64,000 nucleotides of DNA from Epithemia pelagica (taxonomy: Eukaryota; Protista; Bacillariophyta): assembly GCA_946965045.2 (NCBI GenBank), contig OX337238.1, positions 124,001-188,000 of the forward strand, given 5' to 3'. The notes below the pieces were generated by a model. It worked only from the letters and a program-made list of their open reading frames with translations. It searched no databases and was not told where the DNA came from. The position numbers and the translations under genes were made by a program. Shown here piece after piece: positions 51,901 through 64,000 of the stretch (the first letter of the stretch is position 1; each line of letters begins with the position of its first letter).

Positions 51901-53278
51901 CTCTTGAAACAGATTGCCGAACGCCGAAAAAACATTCCGAGCAACAACAACAAGTCAAACCAAACAGAGTTGGATTCCCCAACGCCCGAAAAGCCACCAA
52001 ACCAACAACGTCACCACGCTTTGATGAATCCAAGCTCATTCGATCAATGTCCAATAAAAGCACGACGATTCTGGATGAAGTGGAGGAAGTCATTGGACTC
52101 CCCTTGTGGAATCGAGATCTTGGTACCACCGAACAGGATTCGGATCAAGGCAACCAAAGCAAACAAAGGAAACAGCAAAACGACAATGATGCGGAACTGT
52201 CGTCTACCGTATACGACGAGCTGGTGCTCTACATTACGGAGATTGCCGACATGTATCGCGATCACCCCTTTCACAACTTTCAGCACTCGGCTCACGTGTC
52301 CATGTCGGTTGTGAAACTGCTATCGCGGATTGTCGCCCCTTCGGCAATGGACCTGGAGACACGTGTCAACGACCACAAGAATGGTGATTCCCGAGTAGAG
52401 CACGAAACTAGCAACTCGGAAGATGTTCCACTGTCTGTATTGCATGACCATACCTAATTACTTCTGATCCATTGACACAATTCTCCTGTGTCCTGTCGGC
52501 CTTGATTCACGATGCCGATCACCCTGGTGTCCCCAACGCACAGCTGGTCAAAGAGGGACATGGATTGGCAATCCAATACAAGGGCAAGAGTATGGCCGAG
52601 CAGAATTCAGTCCAAGTTTGCTGGAACAAACTCATGGACCATCGCTTCAAGAACCTTCGTTCCACCATTTATGCAACAGAGGTGGAATTCAAACGATTCC
52701 GACAACTTGTCGTGAACTCTGTCATGGCCACGGATGTGGTGGACAAGGAACTCAAGGCTCTCCGCAATGCTCGTTGGGACAAGGCTTTTCCAAAAACGAG
52801 CCGTCGCAGCTCAAGGCACATCCTTGGTGATGATCGAGCAACAACACATGCGGCATCTGCCATCCCGACGGTACCACCACCCGTCCACGACGACCCAGAC
52901 CCACAAGAGCGTCAAGAGAATGTTAACCGAAAGGCTACAATTGTCATTGAGCACTTGATTCAGGCGTCTGATGTCGCGCATACCATGCAGCATTGGCATG
53001 TTTACCGAAAATGGAACGAGCGCTTCTTCTTGGAATGCTACCAAGCGTTCCAGGCGGGTCGTGCTCATCAAAACCCAGCAGAGTATTGGTACAAGGGAGA
53101 ACTGGGGTTCTTTGATTTCTCCATTATCCCCTTGGCCAAGAAACTCAAGGATTGTGGTGTGTTTGGCGTTTCCAGTGATGAATACTTGAACTATGCCATG
53201 CGGAATCGGGAACAATGGGAATGCTTTGGGGAAGAACTGGTGGCCATGATGGTGGAGCGCCTCACCAAATCACGATAG
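48986..53278 (+). pseudogene. Receptor-type adenylate/guanylate cyclase - HD phosphodiesterase fusion gene, multi-exon, with several frame breaks
   Basis: TM, extracellular region (GVRGIRVVMENTC), TM, cyclase (KPIADLF..FADIxGFSAWS, VETVGDCY, GLHSGPVTAGVL, FGDTMNTASRMES) and PDE (HNFQHSAH, ALIHDAD, IQASDVAH). Frame breaks near 50100, 51000-51050, ~52040 and 52456. Confidence 0.75.
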
Positions 53279-53752
53279 AGGTTTCAACTACCTATAGCCA
53301 CCCAATTTTGCATGTTCTTGTCTTGTCGTGACTACAGATGAGGTTAGGAACCGGACACTGTGCATTTTGAAGCCTTGTCTGAATTTGTGGCAATGTGTAT
53401 GTGTGGTGTGTATGTAAAAAGGTTTGACCGATGTCCCTATCCGTACTCTAAGCATAATGAATGCTCTGCCCTGTACTGCAATCTGGACAATTACGCGTAG
53501 TCCATATAAAACTGTACGCACTAATAAGTATATAGTAAGGTTTCCCTCCATCCGCATGCATCTAAAAGGGACACTACCTTGTTATGCGAGCGCCCTCCCA
53601 CAGAGAGCTTAAATGTCCAAACATTAACAACAGGGATCACGAGACGAATCCCACCACGAGAATAGTCACTGCGTCAACGATCCCACAACACCCCGGAGGA
53701 TTCCAGATGTATGGAACGTCACGGCAGCAATCACCAATATCAAACAGTTTTG

Positions 53753-56419
<2,667 letters not shown>

Positions 56420-57394
56420 GGTAATACTATATATAGTTGAATTGGATCGATCGACTGGTGGAATCTCTCTTTCTCTGTATTATCCAAAGGGGGCAAACGA
56501 ACCGTGTCAGAACAAGAGCAACAACGACAGCAACGACAATCACAACATGGATCCAATGGTGCCTCCCATTCTTGCCGAGAGAGACAGACATGGAGGGCGG
56601 CCAACCAAGACAGACACAGACTCACCGGTCGAACGGCTTGAAGTGGCAAAAGGATTTCTCAAAAAAGGGCTCACAGTTCACAGTATATAAACTATAAACT
56701 GGCGCACTCTTCCTTTACTTTCTCTCCCTTTTTATAAGGCTTTTTATAAGGAAGTGTCTAGTGTCTTTGAGTGGGAGAATGAGAACTGTTTCAATCTGTA
56801 TGTGGATCGGAACAAATACCTTGTGGCTTTTGGCACGGTCAACCGAGCAGATTTTTCAAAAAGTGTGTTTGGTCGTATCTTTCGGTCACATTACTCTCTA
56901 GCGCATCTAAGTAGTCGCGCAAAGTCGCTTTTAATTTGCGAATGATCCCCGTCCTTTACCGACCTCTTTTTCCCCGCTGGAAGTTCCGTGGGAAATTTTC
57001 GGTTGGGGTCGGCGAGGTATCCTCGGAGAATCTCATAATATAGGGATGGGGATGGATCCAGGACACTTTCAGGCCAATCCTTTAGCTCGACAAAACCAAT
57101 CCGTGCGGGGCCGGGCCGGATTTGGTTTTGGAAATTGTGCCTAACGCCGTCCTTACGCAAAACAAATCCAAAAGACCGCGCCTTTTCGAATCCTGTCCCC
57201 CATCCTCCCCCACCCTTCACTTAGAAAAATTGACTACTAAAACTTTTGGGTACTTAGGAAGCGCAAGGATACCGTTTAAGTCGAACGCCCGTCCATCATG
57301 TGTCACGCCCGCCCACCATGTCGAACGCCCGCCTGACATATTCGAAACTGTAGGCAGCCTCTACACTAGCATAAGTAAAACACTATCCCTAATG

Positions 57395-57456
57395 AATTTC
57401 CTGGATTTGTTCGAACAAATCCAGAGTTCTGGATTGGTTGGAACAAATCCGGAAAT
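57395..57456. other. Tandem palindromes in the ABCG bidirectional intergenic region
   Basis: Perfect 24-bp palindrome CTGGATTTGTTCGAACAAATCCAG (57401-57424) and an imperfect copy at 57429-57452. Confidence 0.7.
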
Positions 57457-58616
57457 GCTCTTTTACCCGGATATATGACGTCAACGTGACGCAAAATGCT
57501 GACGTGCACGAAATTTTGATTTGGTTTTGCGAGCTAAAGGATTGGCCTCAACACAACAACATCGAAAAGCGAGAACAGCCAGTTGCTGCGCCGACCTACA
57601 CGTACGGTATGGAGACTACTCGTAGACTATCCTAGCTAGGTTCTACTCCTATAGCTAGAGAATATGACCCTTTCAGAATGCAATGGCTTCGGATTTCATC
57701 TCTCGTCATCCAAATGGTCGATCCGAATCCGACATTTCTCGAATCATGGTTTCGGATGGGCAAGAGAGTTGCTGTGGCGCTCGGGAGATTCGTGGGATAC
57801 CGGGTGTCATGGTACGTGCCCATATTATTAGGTAGTTTTGGACAGAACCTAAAGGGTGGACCATGACACACTCATGTCTACCTAGTTTACGCTTCGCCTC
57901 TCTTGGGACAATGGTGATGCCACATGTCACAACGAGCGAGCGCCCCAAGACCTACAAGAAGGGACCCTTTCACCAACCGATGGAAGCTGGGTAGTGTTTG
58001 GTGCTCCACAAACATAATATACACCATGTGCCTACGTTTCCAGAACTACACCAATGATGCGTTCCCCATCCATGACGAATCACACACCTCCCATTCTTTG
58101 GTCCGACAGCAAAAGTAAGTGTCTCATTGTATAGTTTGTGTCCAATATTATGCACCACTGGCTTGCTGGTTGTCAATGCCACAACACGATACCATACTTC
58201 CAACGCACCATGAGAGAAGCCGGTCGTGCCTTTCACTAGCTCCTAGACTTGCGCGGTCGTTCCAATTTTAGATTTTGTGGGACCAATCGATTGGTCGAGT
58301 CTACTAGGATTACCTACCTACCTACCTACCTACGGATAGGTACTCCCGGCAAGGGTCGATACCGACGACGGACGCACGGACGGAGGGTGTACGCCGAGAC
58401 GTGCAGGCTCTTTGATTTTCGGTCGGTTGAAGTTGCTCCGTCGGTCGCGTTTCGCGGTTGTTGGAATTCGGAAGGGATCGCTCGAATGGCCTCTAGAGCT
58501 GGGATTGCGTTCACTTTTTCGGAGATGCGAACATGCACCATCATTCATCCACAACAAGTCATAAAATTGCAAATCACAGTTCAAGACATTCAAGGCTTCT
58601 CAAATCGTGGTATACC

Positions 58617-60836
58617 ATGACGCAGCTCGAAACAACAAAGGAAACGACGACGGAACAAGGCTTTGCCTACATTCAACGTGTCTCGCCCAAGAAGGCATCG
58701 GATCGGTTGATTTTGTCTCCCATGAAGGTGCATTTTCCCGAATCGGCCATTTCGGCCATTTTGGGACCATCCGGTTCGGGCAAGACCACCATGTTGTCGG
58801 TCGTGACCAATTCCATTCCCTCCAACGTGACGGCCATGGCCGATGTGCGTTTGTCGGGCCTGTCGGCCTTTGTCCCTCAAGACGATCGCTTGCATGGCTT
58901 TTATACCTGTCGGTCGTACATGATGCATTATGCTCGATTGGCTGGCATTCATCGGGAACCCGACATTGAAGAACGCATTGATACCTTGCTCAAGCAATTG
59001 GGATTGTCGGAACAGGCGGACACCATTGTCGGTGACTTGTTTTTCAAGGGTTTGTCCGGTGGTCAACAGCGTCGTCTTTCAGTGGCACTCGAGGCCTTGA
59101 CGGAACCTCAAAATCTCTTTTTGGATGAACCCACGTCGGGCCTGGATGCCGAATCGGCGTTGCAAGTCATGCAATTTCTCAAACTCTATGTTCGCGCCGC
59201 ACAAGGACGTCGAGTCATTTTGACCATTCATCAGCCCAGTAGTTATATTTGGGAACTGATCGATCATACCATTTTACTCAGCAAGGGCAAGCTCATGTAC
59301 GATGGACCCCGGTTCACCATGGAAGACTTTTTTGCTCTCCACGAGTATCCCACACCCGTGGGATGGAATCCGGCCGATCATTATGTCACGGTACGTTTGC
59401 ACAAAAGAGGAGGATCGACAAGGGACAGTCAGTGGTGAATGGCTCGCCATCTCGATTCGATTGTCATTACGATGGATTTTTGGTACGCATCCTGGTCTCT
59501 CACCTTGATCAACAATGTTTGTTCTTTTGCTAGATTGTCAATGACGAATTCCGCAATCACGATTTGACCGTGGATCAATGGGCGGAACGGTACGCCGAAT
59601 ATTGTCAGACTGATTCCCATCATGAAGCCTTGACGACCACTCGCAGCAAATCCATTCAACAAGCAGTCACCTTGAATCGTGTCCCATCCTCACGCCGCAG
59701 TCGCTCTACCGTCATTTTCAAACTGATTCATCGTTACTTTTTGAACATGGCCTTCAATCCCGGTATTCTCATGACCCGTATTGTCATGTATTCGCTCTTG
59801 GCCTTGATGGTCGGTGCCCTCTTTTGGGGCTTGGGTGACGAGTACGACTTTGAAAGTGTCCAATCGCGCACGGCAATCTTGTTTTATTGTGTCGCCTTTT
59901 TCATTTTCATGAGTGTTGCCGTCTTGCCCTTTACCGTCATGGAACGAGCCATTGTCGACAAGGAAGTCATGAATTCGTACTACAATCCTGTCTATTACCA
60001 AATCAGCCAATCCATTTCCAGTCTACCGGGTGCAGCAATTTTGGCCGGTGTCACGACTCTCATTATTGTCACCATGACCAAACTCAATGAACCCGATTGG
60101 TACTTTGCCACAATGTTCTTATCGTTGGTACGTTGCTCCACCGTTCCCGTCAAGTCACTGGAATTCAGCAGCTCACAGTGTGTCCTTTCATTTCTTTCCT
60201 TGGTTGGTCTTTGTGAATACAATAGACGGTCGCCGAAGCCTTTGCCCAATTGATTAGTCATGTGGTACCCCACTTTGTCATTGGCATGGCACTCTTAGCG
60301 GGAATGTACGGATTCTTTATGCTTTTCATGGGCTTTATGTTGATTCCGTCCAACTTTCCTGATTGGTTGCATTGGTGCTACTTTATTGGCTTTCACACGT
60401 ATGTACCACAAAACAGACATCTGTGTCATGGTGTCCTCCGTTTTGGATAACCTTTCATGACTCACACTTGTGCTATTGCGTCTTTTGCTCTCTCTCGATC
60501 TCCCACAGTTATTCGTGGCGTACGTTCATGTACAGTGAGTTTTCTGAAAATGCCACCTTTACGGGCAATGACGCCTTGTCGACGGGAGACCAAATCTTGG
60601 AATTTTATGAAATTGCCGACGTGGATCGCGGTCATGATTTGATTACCTTGTTTGGGTATTACTTGGTCGTCAATGTGGTGGCCTGTGTCGTTCTGGTCTT
60701 GTGGTACAATTTGTTTGCCGGCAAAATTGAATCGCCGATCATTCCGAACCAAGTGACCACCGAACAGAAACCTCCGACAGACGTCGTTGCAGGAGAGGAC
60801 CAGCACTCGAATGGAACCAGCACCGAAAAGAGTTGA
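58617..60836 (+). CDS. ABCG (white-like) half transporter B; exons 58617-59390, 59534-60127, 60226-60398, 60509-60836 (622 aa)
   Basis: Same motifs and the same three intron positions as ABCG A; the spliced frame is open. Confidence 0.92.
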
Positions 60837-61393
60837 ACACGAGCATCGTAGTGATAGAAGAGCCATTCTCAAGTATAGTTGTGATATTCAAACTTTGATC
60901 TTGTCGACTCTTTGAGCCCTTGATTCATCCACGTATATCCTAGAGCTCTGTTTGCAGGAGTAGATGGTCATTGGGATATTATCGCCCATGGTCTCTTTCC
61001 TAATCATGCATCATCAGACCCAACACCAAAGTACCTGCATGGTTCTGGGCACAAATGAATTTATCTTGGGAAGAGGATACGCGCAATTCTCTCTCTGGAG
61101 CGCTCATGAAACGTCCCGCATCGGTGGTTACTCTCATATAATCGTAGGAATGGTTCCACTCAATCCAACGAGTTGTTGAACTAGTGTTGTTGCCTTTGTG
61201 TTTGAACTAGTGTTGTTGCCTTTGTGTTATGCATTTTGTTTTCTATTCGTTATGAACTTTGTGTAGGTGTTTAGTTATGGATGCCTACATGTGTTTTGAA
61301 AAACATACAGGAGAGTGACACGGCAACAGGCGATTGTAAACAATGTACCCGGTTACCATTGTCCCAACAGAGATGATTCGTCTCCCTACCTCA

Positions 61394-63658
61394 CTAGGGG
61401 TCGGCCGCCCATTCTCGAAGAATGAGGGATGTGTCAATGGTACCACTACTGTCGGTATTCGGGCGATGCGTTTGTCGACGAGCCAGAATAGCGGCATCGA
61501 GATGACTGTCGTGAGATAACGAATCGGGAATGGAAATCGCGTCGAGTTCGTCCCGGTCCTTGTCGTGGCAGCTCGTATTGCTACTGCTCGTGCTGGGACA
61601 GGCACCCAGTGCTGGTGTTGTCGTCTTATTGTTCTTGTTGTTCTTCTTGGCTGGAGGATCCTTCTTGCTGTCGTCTTCGGCTGGTCGAGAAGACGAGTTT
61701 AACAAGTCATCCATACACGGATCGGCCCACCAATCGGATCGGGGTGTCATGACACTACTGGCATCGGCGGCCGATTCTTGTTCGGCAATGGTTTCGGTAT
61801 ATCCAAAACGAGTGAGATTGAAAAAGGAGGATCCAATCGAAAAGTTTCCCCAGGATCGTTCCGAGACCGAGGATTTGCTTGTCGACATTTGACGCGGATT
61901 CTCATCCTCCTTTTGAGGATCGTCGCTGCTATCCAATTTGTCCTTGGACGCGGAACGATCATGATTCTTTCGGGGTGCCGTCGAATTGGACGACGATGCA
62001 TGGTCGACACTCATGGCACTGGCACTGGCAGTCTGCGATTGATTGGGACGACGATTGCGACAATCCCAGGGGCGTCGTCCTTGTCCATCATGGTAGTCGC
62101 GATCCCGCTTGTATCGTCGTTGGGTCGTAATCACCAACACGACACCCAACAAACACAAGCCGACCGTGACACTAATCAAAATGGCTATGACCATGACCGA
62201 TTGTCCGTCATCTTCGTCGTCCTTCTTGGAGGTTTGACCCAAGTGCGTAGGATTTTGAAAGGCTGAATTGTCATCGTCCGTTCCAGTCGTCTGGTCGTCC
62301 GTGGTGTCTAGAGTTTCGTCGTCGTGGACCGTTTCGTGAACGACGGCCGACAAGGCCAATTCTTCCAGTATTGTGGGAAGGACCAACTCCACGACGGTTT
62401 CAAAGGCCGTGTCAATGCGCTCCGTCAGCGTTTCGAGAGTCGTGCTGGTTTCCAACTGTCGTTGTCGAGTGCGTCGTCGTACTGTAGTTGGTGGTGGTTG
62501 CACATAGACACGGACTTGAAACTGACCCGCCAGTTCCCAACAGTCATTGTCTCCTGCAGCTGTTGTGGCACAGGGTCCCACGACATAATCGGACGACGAC
62601 GACGATTTGAGCAATTCCAATTGCATCCAGTCTCCTGCTGGAGCATCGTTGGCACACAAGACAGTGGCCACGGCGTGTTGCAGGAGCGCATGTCCCTCAT
62701 GGGCCAAAGTTTGCAAAATGGTCGCCACATCCTCTTGGTTGTCAGTGGTGGGTGAATTCACCCAATAGGCATAGGAAATGGTTTGGTCCTGTCCCAGACT
62801 ATAGTCAGTGCCAATGTCCCGACGACAGGTATGCGAGACGGTAGTCTGGGTATCGGTAGTACTGGTCAAGACGTCAACTCCAAAAGGATCCACAGACGGA
62901 GGCGACGACGACTCGACTTGAGTCGAGGAAGGCGTCGACGACGGAACCGAGGATGGGGTGGCTGTGGGCGCGGCAGTCGGAAGCTGGGATGGTGCTGCAC
63001 TGAACGTAATGGTGGCTCGCGTGCCATCATCATTTGTGGAAGGCGTGGACGACGGGACGGAACTGGTCGGAAGAGCCGTCGTGGGAGTGTCGGTCGAGGG
63101 TGCCTGCGTTGTGGTGGGCATCGCCGACGGTGTGGACGACGGAACGGCTGCAATCGTGGGTGCCGCCGACCGCGTCGTTGTGGGGACCAGAGATGGTGTT
63201 GTCGAGGGACTTGTAGTTGTTGTTGTAGCGGGCAAGGACGGAGGCGTCATTGGCGCCATTGTCGGTGTGGCAGTGGGGGATGCCGTGGGATCCACTACCA
63301 ATGACACGGTCGGACTGGGTGTGGTTGGACTGGGCGTAGTAGGACTGGGTGTTGTTGGACTGGGCGTCGTGGGACCCACGGTTGGATTGGCCGTCGGTGC
63401 GGGTGCTGTAGGTGGTGGAGTCGACGCCACAGGTGCCGGGGTCGGAGGAGAAATGGGTGCAAGAGTCGGAGCAGCAATGGGTGCCGGGGTCGGAGGAGGG
63501 GGACTGGAACTCGGAGATGCCTTCTTTACTTGTGCGTGAGCCGTTTGGATGGATATCATGCCTAGTAGAGCCATCAACAACACCATGGTTGGACGTTGTC
63601 GTTGTCGTCTTGGTCGAACGGTGGAACTTGTTGTAGTGGTTGGGTGGACAGAATTCAT
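61394..63658 (-). CDS. Mucin-like Pro/Thr/Ser-rich single-pass membrane protein
   Basis: Signal-like MVLLMALLGMISIQTAHAQ, PTTPS repeats, small Cys-containing domain, RQL motif, TM VMVIAILISVTVGLCLLGVVLVI and low-complexity tail. Confidence 0.75.
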   Translation of the reverse strand: MNSVHPTTTTSSTVRPRRQRQRPTMVLLMALLGMISIQTAHAQVKKASPSSSPPPPTPAPIAAPTLAPISPPTPAPVASTPPPTAPAPTANPTVGPTTPSPTTPSPTTPSPTTPSPTVSLVVDPTASPTATPTMAPMTPPSLPATTTTTSPSTTPSLVPTTTRSAAPTIAAVPSSTPSAMPTTTQAPSTDTPTTALPTSSVPSSTPSTNDDGTRATITFSAAPSQLPTAAPTATPSSVPSSTPSSTQVESSSPPSVDPFGVDVLTSTTDTQTTVSHTCRRDIGTDYSLGQDQTISYAYWVNSPTTDNQEDVATILQTLAHEGHALLQHAVATVLCANDAPAGDWMQLELLKSSSSSDYVVGPCATTAAGDNDCWELAGQFQVRVYVQPPPTTVRRRTRQRQLETSTTLETLTERIDTAFETVVELVLPTILEELALSAVVHETVHDDETLDTTDDQTTGTDDDNSAFQNPTHLGQTSKKDDEDDGQSVMVIAILISVTVGLCLLGVVLVITTQRRYKRDRDYHDGQGRRPWDCRNRRPNQSQTASASAMSVDHASSSNSTAPRKNHDRSASKDKLDSSDDPQKEDENPRQMSTSKSSVSERSWGNFSIGSSFFNLTRFGYTETIAEQESAADASSVMTPRSDWWADPCMDDLLNSSSRPAEDDSKKDPPAKKNNKNNKTTTPALGACPSTSSSNTSCHDKDRDELDAISIPDSLSHDSHLDAAILARRQTHRPNTDSSGTIDTSLILREWAADP

Positions 63659-64000
63659 CTTGGTTGGAATCGTTTTTTTATGACTTGTGTGTGTGTGTTT
63701 CCTTTCTGGTTTGGCTCGGTTGTTTCTTTCGTTGCGCACCTTTTCGGATGCAATGAATGAGAGTACAAGAGAAGGACTGGTTGGAGATTGGTCCAAAATG
63801 GTAAATTTCGACAACGAGAGGAATGGCGCCAAGTGAGAATCGGCTAGTTTTCAATTGCTTTGGTGCATCCATTCTCTGTCCCACATTGTGTATCGACTCC
63901 TACGTACAAGAATATTGTCCACTTCCCCCATTTTTGGGAGAATTTCCAGTACCATATGTGATTGCACTATAGACATAATTGTACGATGATCCGTTTGCGC

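Noticed and set aside
61177-61228. 26-bp tandem duplication downstream of the mucin-like gene
   Set aside because: A simple local slippage with no further structure.

Overview
Eukaryotic, compact-genome DNA, most likely a raphid pennate diatom (inferred from short GT-AG introns, CoDi-type Ty1/copia elements, the cyclase-PDE receptor family and RXL-motif secreted proteins). Left third: FNT transporter 3' end, 7TM GPCR-like gene, a PIF/Harbinger MITE, a Kelch protein and two divergent sulfotransferase-like genes. Middle (13.5-45.6 kb): a rearranged tandem array with four copies of a Cys-rich secreted/anchored protein gene, a shared intergenic repeat, and truncated sulfotransferase and FNT copies. 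Two young Copia LTR retrotransposons with identical LTRs and 5-bp TSDs sit in the first repeat copy (19201-25372 and 26227-32306). Right third: a truncated transposase-like ORF, a SET-like remnant, a frameshifted cyclase-phosphodiesterase gene, a head-to-head pair of ABCG half-transporters and a mucin-like membrane protein. Main discovery candidate: neither Copia element has a tRNA primer-binding site. In each, the 14 nt right after the 5' LTR are perfectly complementary to a 14-nt segment inside the element's own LTR, just after an initiator-like GCTCA motif. The two elements differ at 5 of those 14 positions and all 5 changes are compensated. This is the signature of Tf1-style self-primed reverse transcription in a Copia lineage. 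Both elements also share a U5 hairpin, lack a Gag zinc knuckle, and carry an extra coiled-coil + SH3/Tudor-like ORF coupled upstream of gag-pol.
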